Assembly: GCA_951406725.2 (NCBI GenBank)
Contig: OX597823.1
Location: forward strand, 26,122,001-26,184,000
Direction of reading: 5' to 3'
Origin: Octopus vulgaris
Taxonomy: Eukaryota
Length of the DNA: 62,000 bases
The notes under the pieces were generated by a model. It ran no database searches. It was not told where the DNA came from and saw nothing but the letters and a program-made list of their open reading frames with translations. A program made the position numbers and the translations under genes. Positions 13,120 to 26,576 of the stretch are shown in pieces. Within the stretch, counting starts at the first letter, position 1. The number at the start of each line of letters is the position of its first letter.

Positions 13120-13330
13120 ATGGCAAGTGTTTATAAGCCATTTAAGAAACACACAAAAACTGTTAGATTCACTTCAACATTTAAATTTAATTTGCCAAAA
13201 TATTTTCGTTGCTTTGAGACCGCAACCTGTTCATTGATAAAATTCCATGCAGCATGGAATTTAAATGTTGAAGTGAATCTAACGCTTTTTGTGTGCTTCT
13301 TTAATGGCTTATAAACACCTTCCATGCTGC
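13120..13330. repeat. Inverted repeat with about 65-bp arms
   Basis: GTGTTTATAAGCCATTTAAGAAACACACAAAAACTGTTAGATTCACTTCAACATTTAAATT pairs with AATTTAAATGTTGAAGTGAATCTAACGCTTTTTGTGTGCTTCTTTAATGGCTTATAAACAC. Confidence 0.85.
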
Positions 13331-15639
13331 AATTATTTTTGTTCCTGCACACGGTCTTAGATTAGGTCACTTGCTATGTAAGTACATCTCCATAACTATT
13401 ATTTTACTGCTCTTCTCTTTTTCTGTACTGCCATCACCTCTTCTTCCCTAAATTTCTTGCAATGCATATTTACCATTGAGCAATCCTCAATTTTTGTTCA
13501 CCATTCAATATATTCACACCTACCTCCACCTTCCCTACATACTCTTGTAACCTCTACCCATCAAGCCTTCCTGATCTTCTGTCTCCATACTTACTTCTAT
13601 CCACTTTTTGATCAGAAGGTGGTGTCAAGGTGTCAGTGCATTGGGCTTTCATAATTTGTTGATGAGCCATCATATGGAAGCTTTTATCAAGAAAGAATGT
13701 CCTATGGAGCAATGGGGTAGTGAACATAAACATTGATTGAACCTTTTGATATCAATCTACTCTGATATGAAGATCACCTCTGGTTCATCAAATTCCTGCA
13801 TGTCAATGAAATAAACTGTGTTTTAAATTGATCATCTTATCACCACCTTCTTTATCTTTGTAGCTTCACTCCAATTACTCCCACTCACCATTGTATAATA
13901 TGAAGTAGCCATGCCAAAGACAGCTTGGTTCAAAGTCTCTCTTGACCAGAAATGGCCTGAACACTTTGTATGACCACCCTCCCTGTACATAACTCCCTGT
14001 CCACCTACATGGCCTTGCTTTTGCTTTTTGAGCCAATAAAAATTGAATTGAATTGAATGTATCTCTTCTACACCAAGAAACTTGTTTCTGTCCTTTCTAT
14101 CATACTTTAACCTCTCAGCACCTAATATAAAGCTGCTTTCCTCTCTACTGTACTCCCTTTCAGTCAAGGCAATTCTTTGTGAGTTACATAGTATCCTTAC
14201 AATTGCTAATGCTTCAAAGAGCATCCAGTACACTCTGTGGTTAGCACCAGGAAGGGCATTCGGCTGTAACAATTCTGCCAAAGTAGATACTGTAGTACAA
14301 CATACTCCTCTATCTTGTCAGATTCTGTAGAAATGTCCAACCCATGCCAGCATAGAAGACAGACGTTAAATAATGATGACGACGACAACGATGATGATAA
14401 TGATAGTGGTGGTGGTATATGAATATTCAAGGTATATAACCAGGGTATACAAGGAATATATTAAATCATTATAAAATGATTTACCTAATTACTATTGAAT
14501 AATGATTTACTAAACAAATCTATTGTAAATGGAAATCACCTAAGGTTTATATTCTGGCTGTAAATATTTAATTTATTTCATGAATATTTATTGAAAATAG
14601 ATGAACATCTCCACTCTTAATCCCTCCACTTTATCCCCCCTCCCTCTCGCTCTCTCATATACACCACACACACTTCTTGAAGTCAATAAAAGCAAACACC
14701 CACAAACACTTACCTATTGACCATGAAAGGTTTATTTAACTAGTGTGGAAGAAGACTGAACAGTTTCCTGTTTGCAGTTTATTACAATTTATTATTTATC
14801 AATGACATCTTATAGACATCAATAGCTGAGGCAGGCTGTTACCATTCTCTTTGTGCTGTGGTGTCAGTTAATGGTTGAATTGTAGTTTAGCAAGTTAAAT
14901 TTATTCTCCACTAACTGATAAACATAACAGCCTGAAAGCATTAGGGACACATCCTATATATTTAGTGCCTTCAACACCAACTAGCATGAAACAGCCTCAA
15001 TTAAAGTGATTAAATTTAAAATTCAAATCTAGCTGAAATGTCATTATTACATTAAAGATAATATCGTATATCAATATGTAAACATTTCTTATTTGTTGGA
15101 AGTAATTTATTTTATTAAACCTCTCATGATTCTTGATTATTTTGAAAATTTAACCATAAAGACAGAATGTATTCTTGTTAGGAATACAGTCACAATAGAG
15201 TTGATGATTGCAATAAATGGTTCTCAGGCCCTTGGAGGACCTTTCAAGCTGGTGCAGCTTTCTTTTGATGATGAGAAGCAGATAGATTAAAGAGAAATTT
15301 CAGTTCCTAGATAGATCACTTGTATGTCACAGGTAACATTCCCATTTGATCTTGTTTTTTTTTTTCTTTTATTATGTCTGGGCAGATAATGTAACTGTTT
15401 TTCTAAACAGGAAAAAGGGATGAGAAATAAACCACTTTCTGGTTAAGATAGTGGTTTAAGACAGGATATAAAAAAGTGATTTCAAGTACATTGGGGCTTG
15501 GAGAGTCAAAATGAGGCCCTTGAAAATTTGATGGCTTCTTGCTAAAAGAAAACCTCACTAATCCCTTCCATTACATCACTTAATAAAAGTTAGCAAACAT
15601 GTAGCTCTTCAGATATTTTCTTAGCTTCTTACCAAGACC

Positions 15640-16760
15640 TGTCTATTTTTTCTGAGGCAAATGGATCATTTCCCCCTGTGAAAGGGTGAATGAGTGATAA
15701 TACCCATGAACAAGAGTGTCAGGCATGTTGGATTCATCTTTATGTCTGATTAAATTTGAATCAGACATTCAATGTTGTCTGAATTTATCCAATTTATTGG
15801 CTCATATAAATTCTGGCAAAGAAACTTGAAAGTATCATGTATTTTGCTTCTCATCTTAACAACATTCAGTTAGCATTGCAAGATTTTTTGGAGCTTAGCA
15901 GACTGTACAAAAAGTGAAGTGAGTGAAGTATTAGTAAAACCAACACACTTTGCTTGCATGTTAATTTTGGCTGTTTGGTATAAAGTATTGATTTTTGTAA
16001 ATATTTGCAACAAGTCTGTTAAACCAGAGGTGTCACATTGGATGTGAAGGGAAATTTCTTTGAAGATTTAAAGAAGATATGAAACAACTGGAAAAACATC
16101 TGGAAAGAAGCTTAAGAGGTGACATCAGATCTTGAGATGGAAATCAAACTCCCATAAGTGCGTGAAGGTGTGAGACAAAAGAAGGGAGCATGATGACACA
16201 GCTTCTGATGCCAATTTTCAGAAATGACTGATTCAGAGAATTTGCAAGTTGAGGCCCATATTAATGTTGAAGTTTTGATTGATATTGCAGAATTTATTAT
16301 ACTTTTTAATGTCAAGTGGTTCACAGAAAATTTTGATTTCCTCAGGAAATGTCTCACAATATCTGAAAGTAAAGTGGTGAAAAAATAGTGAAACTGTTAG
16401 AACATCATTATTCCACTGACCTTCACACTGAAAAATTTGCAACAAAATACATTTACCATCAATACAAAAAACAAATTTTGGAAACCAGAACTGAAATCTT
16501 CAGAACAGCTAAATTTATTAACTGACTAAAAACTTTGTGAGATATTTCCAAATATTTGTGCTAATTTGAGAATACTGTTGACAATTCCAGCTGCAATAGC
16601 ATCTGTAAAAAAATCTTCCAGCAAACTTAAACATAGCAAAACCTTTTAAAGGGCAATGTGTCTTACCTGTTAATTTAGCCAGAAGGAATATTGAATCAAA
16701 CATTGCCAGATAAACTGACTTGTGATAATGTTGTCAGAAATTTTTTTTAGATAAAAAGGT
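15640..16760 (+). pseudogene. Decayed hAT transposase (ZMYM1-like C-terminal dimerisation domain)
   Basis: About 16545-16740 reads EIFPNICANLRILLTIPAAIASVKKSSSKLK ... NIESNIAR, matching the hAT motif FPN..IALRILLTIPV..AS.ERSFSKLK. Many stops; 5' limit approximate. Confidence 0.6.
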
Positions 16761-18263
16761 TATTTCTTTAATTAATGAGGCTTGTTGTATAAAGTAAATT
16801 ATAATCTGGTTATTCTGGAGGACAGAGAATAAAGCATATTCATTAAGTTATCAGTGGTTATATTTAGATTTCTTGAGATTAGCCAACATGTAAAAATATG
16901 CTTTTATAATTATACATCAAAAACTGCCTATTTTGTTGTTGTTGTTGTTATTATTTCATGATGATGATGTTGTTGTTGTTGTTGTTGTTGTTCACTTTTC
17001 AGATGGAATTTGTTGAGGCAGATTTTCTAAGGGTGGATGTCTTTCCTGTTGCTAACCCTCACCTATTTCCATGCAAGGTAATATTTCCCTGTGGCCGGAT
17101 ATGTTCAGAGAAGATAGGAAATGAATGATACCACATGTATGGCAGCGACACTTGTTTACAACTATTATGCAAGTCAAAGAGACATGATCACACACACATG
17201 TGCACATATACACATTCACACATACATATATCTACATATACAACAAGCTTCTTTCAGTTTCCATCCAGTAATTCTAAATAAAAGTCTTTGCTTAGCCTAG
17301 GGCTATAACAGAAGACACTTACCCAAAGTGCTACACAATGGGATTGAACCCCAAATCATCCAGTTTGGAAGTATACTCTTTAACCACTGTCATGCCTGCA
17401 CCTGTTTTTCTCTAAAGAAGGTAAAACATTATTAAAATTTCATTTTAGGCCATTATTTTTATCAAAAAGACTTCATTGAAGATTTAAGGTTCAAATGGAC
17501 TTTAAATTCCCAAATCTCAGTTTTAAGAGAAGCCCTTCCTTCCAAGGGACCCAAACATAGTTATGTTCTGCCTTGCACAATTTCTCTCAGAGATTCTGAT
17601 CACAGATAACATTCTCAAATGATTTCATTAAATCTAATTATTTTTCAATACATCTAAATATTTTGCTCAAGAAACAACAAAATACCACTAAGACTCAAGA
17701 GTCAGTAGTTCTAATCTTTTAAACTCACTATTACTATGGCACTACATAATTCAGGTAGACTAATTTGCATATGACTTGCAGTCTAATTCAATTTGTAAAT
17801 TACTGGTATGCTATCAATGTTTTATTTCACTGCTGCAATGTTACAAAATAACAATTAAACCCATTTAACATATCAAAATTTATCAATTGGATTTGTTGCC
17901 CAGAATTCATACCTTCTCTTTTTCATCATCATCATCATCTCATTTTAACATCCACTTTTCCATTCTTGCATGGATCAGACAGAATTTGTTGATGCAGATT
18001 TTCTAATATGGCTGGACACCCTCCCTGTCACCAACTCTCATCTATTTCTAAGCAAGGTAATATTTTCCATGGTCAGATGTGGTTTTGGGGAAGACTGGTA
18101 ATAAGGGATGCTCCTTATATAACAGTGATGCTTATTGATAACTATTGCATGATGTCAAGACTGCTGAGAGACACAAACACACATATTATATGCAAATACA
18201 CACATGCAAAATATAAGCAAACACACGTCATTTATGAAAATTGGTCTATCTAATCCTTTAGTA

Positions 18264-18556
18264 CAATGGTTCACAAAGTGGGTGGTACTATTCCCCCTGG
18301 GGGCAGTGGAAAGATCCAGCGGGGGGGGGGGGTTGAAGTAAAATGGGGCGATAACAGGGTGACTAAAATGGGGCAGTGAATATAAAAAAACAAATAAAAT
18401 AAAGGGTTAATTAGGTTAAGTTTTATTTGTGAAATACTGTTTTTTTTAACTTGCTGCAGAAAATGGTCAATGTCTGTGATGGTGAGTGGGGGGGGCACTA
18501 GGAATGTGGCCTTAGAATCAAGGGGGCGGCAGCCTGAAAAAGTTTGGGAACCACTG
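18264..18556. mobile_element. hAT MITE
   Basis: TIR CAATGGTTCACAAA / TTTGGGAACCACTG; 8-bp TSD CTTTAGTA at 18256-18263 and 18557-18564. Confidence 0.9.
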
Positions 18557-19654
18557 CTTTAGTATTATTAAGCTTATAAGTTGTGCTCCATGGACAGCTA
18601 AGGAGGGTACTCAGTCACTGATGAAATCCCAACACAAGATTAAAACTAGTCCAGTTCATTGCCCTTTTTCTGCTCATGGAGATATTCTATACAAAGACAA
18701 GATATTTACATCTGTCTATTACATACAGGTTTGGCTTAAGTCTAAAAAATATAGATTTTTTTTTTTATATAGATTAAACATACCACATTGTAGTATTGTA
18801 TGAAACTAGATAATGGAGTCTTAGAAATAGTATTTATAAAAAGAAAATAGGATGATTATAGTTGGAACATCTTTTATTATAGGTCTGATTGATTAAGGAA
18901 GATTTAGAGTTAAACAACACTAAAACATCAATAGCAATATGAAAGCAAATGGTGTGATAGTGCCATTTAGTCAACCTCATATCTACTGATTAGTTAATAT
19001 TATAGTGTGATAGTTTATAGTTTTCTCATAAATATATTTTACATTCTTTCTTATATTATCAACACAGCCTGCTCTACAGAGTGGTTGGTGTTAGGAAGGG
19101 CAACCAGCTGTAAAACTATGCCAAAGCAGACACAGAAGCATGGTGCAGGCTCCTGCCTGGCCAGCTCCTGTCAAACCATCCAATCTATGCCAACATGGAA
19201 AGAGGACATTAAATGATGATGATGATGATGATGATAGTGTGCTACTTATTGTCATTAGGCACAGGTGTTAGTAAATTATTAGATATTTGCTCACAGGTTT
19301 TGATCTCACTGTACATAAAGCAGCAGAAATTCTGGTAGTGTGCCAATTTTGCCAATCCAATACCTTGAAATATGTGCTAAAATGCTAGAGGTTTATTGGA
19401 TTAAATATACATAGTTTTAAATTTATTGTAGAATACTGAACTTAAATTATGTTCTTAGCTGCCGAAGCATCTGAAAGGCGCTATTTTCTTACATTAATCA
19501 CAACATTGGGGTTGTGATAAGAGAAAAAGAGATAGAGAGGATATAAAAACAGTTCATGCCATTTGACAAACATATGTGGCTCTTTACAAAATATCAACAT
19601 GACTCAAGGTTGTGCCACCAAGTTTAGACTTAAATTTGTCCTTACAGTCTAGAA

Positions 19655-19905
19655 CGGGATTTCCTAACAGTTGTGAAAGGTAGGAGAGTCCAGTTTGCTG
19701 GACATTGTTGTAGAGCTGAAAGCGAGACAATTTCTACTCTTCTCCTCTGGAAGCCATCTACTCGCAATACCAGAGGGCGCACACTCTCCTACCCTGATGT
19801 AATCTCCAGGTATACAGGCATCCAGCAACAGGACCTCCGTAATGCTGGCGTAGCATGGTAAATTCCATTGTCTCGACCACGGTCGAACAATGATGATGAT
19901 GATGA
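19655..19905 (+). mobile_element. 3' fragment of an RTE-clade LINE
   Basis: Peptide RRVQFAGHCCRA..LLLWKP..RGRTLSYPDVI is typical of an RTE C-terminus. TCGACC-ACG-GTCGA stem-loop followed by a (GAT)n tail. Confidence 0.75.
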
Positions 19906-20081
19906 ACAGTTAAAGTGAGGGATAAATAGATTAACAGAAAAACATGTTACCTCATATTATTATTAATGAGGACTTTTCAAAATTTTACAGATGGGCTTCA
20001 GATCAGTTTTAAAAGTTTCTAAAATTAAAATCCAGAATCTGAAGAAAATGGTAAGAATTTGAATCAGTAAAATGGTATTAA

Positions 20082-20300
20082 ACCTTTTGTTATCCACCCA
20101 GCTGAAACCGGTTCTGGCTCTGAGTACAAATGCCTTGTTTTCAAAGTTTTGAATTAAAATCTTCCACCAAAGCTTAGTAACAATTTACATTCCTAACACT
20201 AGCTGAATAATAACTAAGTTATTTTACTAAATTCTTTGTTATATTTAAAGTAATTGAAAGAAACATAAAGCATCTCAAAATAAATACAGTAATGAAAGGG
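20082..20300. mobile_element. piggyBac-like MITE
   Basis: TTAA at 20078-20081 and 20301-20304, AAAGGG right end. Related copies at 29499-29709 (TTAA|CCC...GGG|TTAA), 46573-46779 and about 5882-6103. Confidence 0.75.
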
Positions 20301-20976
20301 TTAAACATCAAAAGATAGATATCAATCGGTTTGGTTACCACAAGGCTGGCAGAATTGGTAGCACTCCAGACAAAATGCTTAGTGATATTTCATTTGTCTT
20401 TATGTCTTGAGTTCAAATTTCAATGAGGTTGACTTTGCCTTTCATCCTTTCAAGATCAATAAAGTAAGTACCAGTTGATTGCTGGAGGGGTTGATATAAT
20501 TGACTTAACTCTTCCCTTGAAATTGCTGACCTTGTGCCAAAACTTGAAACCAATAAGTTTGATTACTATGAGAACATGAAGAGTGGAAAAACTGATTTTT
20601 TTTTTACAGAAACTTTATGCCAAATATTGCATTTTTTTCTCTTTTCTTGCAGCTTTTATGACAGACATTTGTTTTACAGTTAGCATATGAATTTAAAGAT
20701 TAAATTTATCTGTTGATTTTTTTTCTTTTATATTGTACCAGATATTCACATATATTTTGCTTATATTTTAATTCGTTTTCCTAAAATTCTTGCCAGGCGA
20801 TGCTAAATCTGCAATTATGTTGAAATGGTTCTAGTATTTTCATTTTTTGTTCTTTGTTTGACTATAAATTATGAAAAATAGCACAGTTTGAAAGTATTCA
20901 ATGGAGTGTTAGTATGATTCAGCAAACACTTTATGCCCACCCAAAGAGATGTATTTCACTGGTGTTACTGGAGGAG

Positions 20977-20977
<1 letters not shown>

Positions 20978-21021
<44 letters not shown>
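20978..21021. repeat. (AAT)n array, left flank of the LINE
   Basis: Visible directly. Confidence 0.95.
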
Positions 21022-21022
<1 letters not shown>

Positions 21023-24000
21023 GAAGTTCTTGAGGCCTTCTACCATGCCATATATTTCCCCACAGATAAATCTAACACTGTACAAACATACTTAAACTGG
21101 AGACAGAAACACTCTGAAGTAAGACCCTACATAGACAGTAAGAAACTTGCCAACATCAGAAGAAATATTATAAAAAAAAAATTACTGACTGAAGTAGAGA
21201 TTGATCAAGTTAGACAAGCAATATCAGATAAAATGAACGAAGCTGCAGCTAGAGAAGATAATACAAAGGAAATAATTATAGACCAGCCCAGGGCTGATAA
21301 AAACGAAGTAAAGATTGAAAGAGTTAGTATAAGTGATAGGCAAAGTGAAATACTCCCTGAACCAATCATAAACACTAAGACAGATGAACAAATAGATAAA
21401 GAAAGTCACACAAATATTGACCCAACAGAACTACATGAGCTAAAAAATCAAATCATGATTGAATGGCTGAAAATTAAAGAAACCAGTATGGATGAACGTG
21501 ATGCACTCCCTAAAATCCGCAACTCTAACCAAAACATGAAAATAATTGGTAAAATCCAGCTTGCACTTAAGGATATAATTTCAGCTAATGATGATGATAT
21601 CACAAATCTCAACCACCTATACTATGCATCCGCGAAAATCTCAACGATCCTATGTGGTGTAAAGATTAGAAAACGGCAACATTCCCACAAAAAGCCTTCT
21701 TGGCAAGAGCGTCTGCAACAACAAATTAAACTATTTAGATCTGACATTGAATATTTAAAAAACCTTAAGGTTCACAAGACTACCAAACCTACAAAAACCA
21801 AAAAATTACTGAAAAAATACAATATGAAAACTATACTTGATATCGATGCCACCATAGAAACCATCAAACAAAAAGGTATCTGCCAAAGCTGCCCGCATAG
21901 CGAGGTATGAAAAGCATGTTAGATTTTTCAAGGACAACAACATGTTCAAAAATAATACCAAGAATTTTTACAGGAAGATAGGAAAAACAGCGTTTACTGC
22001 AAGGTCTGTACCATCAAAAGAAGAAGTGCAGGGATTTTGGAATAAAATTTGGGCAGAAGAAAAAACACACAACGAAAAGGCCCCCTGGATTGACAGAATA
22101 TCTACAGAACTGGACCTCTTAGAAGAGCAAAAGTGGGAGGGTGTCAAGGTAGAAGATATAAGATCTGCTCTCAGGAGGTCAAGCAAATGGAAGTCTCCAG
22201 GAAAGGATAAAATTCCTAACTTCTGGCTGAATGACTTCCCAGAGAGCCATGAACTGCTAACAGAACTTCACAATGATGTTTTGCAACATCCTAGTAGGAT
22301 ACCTCCTTGGCTAGTTAATGGGTTAACATTCCTGCTTCCAAAAAGTGAAGAAACAAATGAACAAAAAAACTATAGACCCATAACCTGCTTAACAACTATG
22401 TATAAAACGCTAACATCTGTCCTGACGGAATATACTTATAGCTTTTTAACAGACAGTAGCATATTCCCTAATGAACAGAAAGATGTAAACGTGGATCCTA
22501 CGGCTGTAAAGATCAACTACTCATCAATAAGTTGATCTTAGAAGATTGTCACAAACGACACAAAAACTTATCAATAGCCTGGATAGACTATAAAAAGGCA
22601 TTTGATAGCCTACCACATAGCTGGATTAGGAAATGCCTTGAAATGTATAAGATAGCACCTACTCTGCGAAACTTTTTCACTGTAAGTATGAGATCATGGA
22701 GAACCACACTAACTCTGAACAGTGACAATGAATCCCTAAATGCTGGTGATGTAAAAATTGTGTGTGGCATTTTCCAGGGTGACTTTTGTTTAGCCTTAAT
22801 ACCTCTCTCAAAACTGCTCAATGACGCGCAGTACGGGTATAAAATGTTTGATAAAAATATAAATCATCTCATTTACATGGATGATTTAAAGCTTTTTGCA
22901 AAAAATGACCAACAACTCAAGGGCTTACTAGCGATAGTCAAACAATTCAGTGATGACATCAGAATGCAATTCGGCCTCGATAAATGTGCAAAAGCTACCT
23001 TTATCAAAGGAAAAATGACAGAAACATCTAATGTTAACCTTGACCAGCAGAATGTCATAAAAGAACTAGACCCAGCAGAGAGCTAGAAGTACCTAGGGGT
23101 AATTGAAGGGAACGGAATAAGGCATTCAGAGATGAAGGAAAGGATCAGAAGAGAATGTTATCGAAGAGTGAGAGCAATACTCAAGACAGAGCTGAATGCA
23201 AGAAACAGGATCGAAGCGATCAATGCATTAGCCATACCAGTCGTGACTTACAGTTTCAATATCGTTAATTGGTCAATTACTGAAATATGTCAGCTCAACA
23301 GAAAAATAAGAAAACTGTTGACAATGCATAGAATGCACCACCCTAAGGCAGATACAGAACAACTTTATCTGCCAAGAAAAGAGGGAGGCCGTGGTCTTTT
23401 GCAACTGGCAATAACAATGAAGATTGCTACAATTGGCCTAGACACCTACCTGAAAAAGTCTGAGGACTGGATGTTAAAACTTGTCTCAAAACATGAAAAC
23501 AAGAAAGCATCATACTCAGTAACAAAACAGGCAAAGGAATATCTAAGTGAATTCCGAATACAACAAATTTCGGAATTAGAGATAGACATACAAGAAACAA
23601 GCACAGAAAAAGCTAGGCGCATAATAACTCGTGCCAAAACTGCGGCCTTAGATATTCTGAATAATAAATGGCAAGAAAAACCTCTCTATGGCAAATACCC
23701 AAAGAGAGCGAATAATGCAGATATTGACAAAGCCCTGACCCATCAATGGCTAATGGCCTCTGGCTTAAAATCTGAAACAGAAGGGTTTATCATAGCAGCT
23801 CAAGATCAATGCCTACCAACAAGAAACTACCAGGCCAACATATTAAAGAATGGCAGTAGCCCAACATGTCGTGTATGCCAACAACAAAATGAAACCATTG
23901 ATCATGTTGTCTCCAAATGCAGTCTTCTAGCGCCTACAGAGTACCTCAACAGGCATGATAGAGCTGCACAATATATTCACTGGGTAATTTGCAAAAACCT

Positions 24001-24433
24001 GGATTTGCCCCATGAAAAAAACTGGTGGGAACACAATCCACCTCCAGTGCTTGAAAATGACCACATCTCACTCCTCTGGAACTTCACCATTCAAACTGAC
24101 AGAAAGATAGATGCAAATAGGCCAGACATCATATTGAAAGACTTCAGACAAAGAACATGCCTCCTCATTGATATGACTGTCCCAATCGATATAAACGTAT
24201 CTGTCAAGACCTACCAAAAACTGAGCAAATATAAAGATCTTGAAATAGAAATCAGCAAAATGTGGAACCTGAAGACTAAAACAATACCTGTTGTCATAGG
24301 TGCCCTGGGAATGATAGCAAAAGGGGCTGATTGCTACCTAACTCAGATACCAGGAAACCCCAAAATGGCAGAAATTCAAAAGATAGTGCCTATGGGAACT
24401 GCTCATATCCTACGCAAAATACTCTCTATGTAA
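21022..24433 (+). pseudogene. Disrupted RT-RLE polyprotein of the R4/Dong-like element
   Basis: ORF pieces 20933-21910, 21942-22535, 22532-23086 and 23132-24433 join through frameshifts near 21870 and 22480, an apparent in-frame loss of about 6 codons after QGD (expected SLSPLL missing), and a TAG at 23084-23086. Confidence 0.9.
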
Positions 24434-24621
24434 TCCCAAGGTTTAAAACAATTTTTTTTTTTTATGTATTAGACATTCACTAGTACAACACCCCAAAAAA
24501 TCAAATATATGGCACACTAGGCATAACGACAACGTGAACTTCCAGCCTGTTGTCTCTTGAGGTCTCTGGGTGAGACTTGTACAACCAACTTGTACAGACA
24601 TAAAGCAAAAGTCAAACATAG
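21022..24621 (+). mobile_element. R4/Dong-like non-LTR retrotransposon (RT plus restriction-like endonuclease), 5'-truncated and disrupted
   Basis: One broken ORF: [40 protein letters not shown] knuckle CRVC..ETIDHVVSKC, RHD, RPD..IDMTVP..K nuclease motif. About 190-bp 3' UTR. (AAT)n on both sides. Confidence 0.95.
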
Positions 24622-24637
24622 AATAATAATAATAATG

Positions 24638-24725
<88 letters not shown>
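24622..24725. repeat. (AAT)n array, right flank/tail of the LINE
   Basis: Visible directly. Confidence 0.95.
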
Positions 24726-24727
<2 letters not shown>

Positions 24728-24965
24728 CATTCTACTATTAAAAATAATAATGGTTTCAAATTTTGGCACAAGGCCAGAGGTTTTGAGGAAGGGGTTTAGT
24801 CAATTGCATTGATTCCAATGCTTCAATGGAACGCATTTTATCGACCCAAAAAGGATGAAGAATAAAGTCAACCTCAGTGGCATTTGAACCCAGAATGTAA
24901 ACACGGATGGAATGTCGCTAAACATTTGCCCAGCGTGCTAATGGTTCTGCTAGCTTGCCACCTTC

Positions 24966-25016
<51 letters not shown>

Positions 25017-25292
25017 CCTTTCTACTAAATGCACAAGGCCTGACATTTTGGGGAGGGCGCTAGTTGATTACATGGAACCCAGTGCTTAACTGGTGCTTAT
25101 TTTATCCAACAAAAGTTGACCTCGGTGATATTTGAACTCAGAAATTAAAGATGGACAAAATGTTGCTAAATGTTTTGCCTGTCATGCTAACGATTCTGCA
25201 ATCTTGCCACCTTCAATAATAATAATGATGATGATGATGACATGATGTGTTATACATTTATACATATATATATATATATATATATATAGATA

Positions 25293-25352
<60 letters not shown>

Positions 25353-25363
25353 TATATATATAT

Positions 25364-25673
25364 ATCATCAATCATCGTTTAACGTCCACTTTCCATACTA
25401 GCATGGGTTGGACGATTTGACTGAGGTCTGGCAAACTAGATGGCTGCACCAGACCCCAATCAGATCTGGCAGAGTTTCTACAGCTGGATGCCCTTCCTAA
25501 CACCAAACATTCCGAGAGTGTAGTGGGTGCTTTTATGTGCCACCAGCACGGAGGCCAGCTTCTTGCTCTGGCAACGATCACACTCATATGGTACTCTTAG
25601 CATTCCACTAGCATGGATGCCAGTCATTGAATTTGATTTTGATTTTGATTTCACTTGCCTCAACAGGTCTTTG

Positions 25674-25675
<2 letters not shown>
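25364..25675 (-). mobile_element. Non-autonomous retroposon, family C, with (GAT)n tail
   Basis: Minus-strand motif GTTAGGAAGGGCATCCAGC and 3' GGACGTTAAACGATGA. Other copies at about 1160-1265(+), 14230-14400(+), 17000-17170(-), 17930-18170(-), 19075-19235(+), 34800-34965(+), 38320-38530(-), 39632-40143(-), 43390-43620(-). Confidence 0.8.
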
Positions 25676-25709
<34 letters not shown>

Positions 25710-25875
25710 CGGGACCAGCCATTTGAATGTGGCTAGGGACAGGGCGGGGTGGTGGGGGTGTTACTGATGCATTTAGCCCCAGGCGACTATAGACGTCACC
25801 AGGAGAGCCGACACCATCACGGTGTCCTTGCTAGCCTGCAAAGGGAGATCAGCCTCCCTGAAGATACGAATGCTA

Positions 25876-25917
25876 CACACGGACCGGTTTCGAGGTATTG
25901 CCTCTCGTCAGCGCATG
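25876..25917 (-). ncRNA. Minimal type I hammerhead ribozyme, copy 1
   Basis: Minus strand reads CATGCG-CTGACGA-GAGG(CAATA)CCTC-GAAAC-CG-GTC-CGTGTG. Confidence 0.85.
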
Positions 25918-26234
25918 GCAAACACCGTTCTTCGTTGAGGGACTTCCTCTACAGGCTAGAAATATATAGATTTTCACTGTAAACACAGTCACTGGCGTTG
26001 AAAATCTGTTCGATAACAATAATAAATCTCTAAGCGAGGTATAAACAGTAACTGCTCTGTAATATAAGCGGGACCAGCCATCTGAATGTGGCTAGGGACA
26101 GGGCGGGGTGGTGGGGGTGTTACTTATGCATTTAGCCCCAGGCGACTATAGACGTCACCAGGAGAGCCGACACCATCACGGTGTCCTTGCTAGCCTGCAA
26201 AGGGAGATCAGCCTCCCCGAAGATACGAATGCTA

Positions 26235-26276
26235 CACACGGACCGGTTTCGAGGTATTGCCTCTCGTCAGCGCATG
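26235..26276 (-). ncRNA. Minimal type I hammerhead ribozyme, copy 2
   Basis: Identical motif exactly 359 bp from copy 1. Confidence 0.85.
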
Positions 26277-26576
26277 GCAAACACCGTTCTTCGTTGAGGG
26301 ACTTCAAGGACACCATGATGGTGTCGGCTCTCCTGGTGACGTCTATAGTCGCCTGGGGCTAAATGCATAAGTAACACCCCCACCACCCCGCCCTGTCCCT
26401 AGCCACATTCAGATGGATGGTCCCGCTTATATTACAGAGCAGTTACTGTTTATACCTCGCTTAGAGATTTATTATTGTTATCGAACAGATTTTCGACGCC
26501 AGTGACTGTGTTTACAGTGAAAATCTATATATTTCTAGCCTGTAGAGGAAGTCCCTCAATGAAGAACGGTGTTTGC

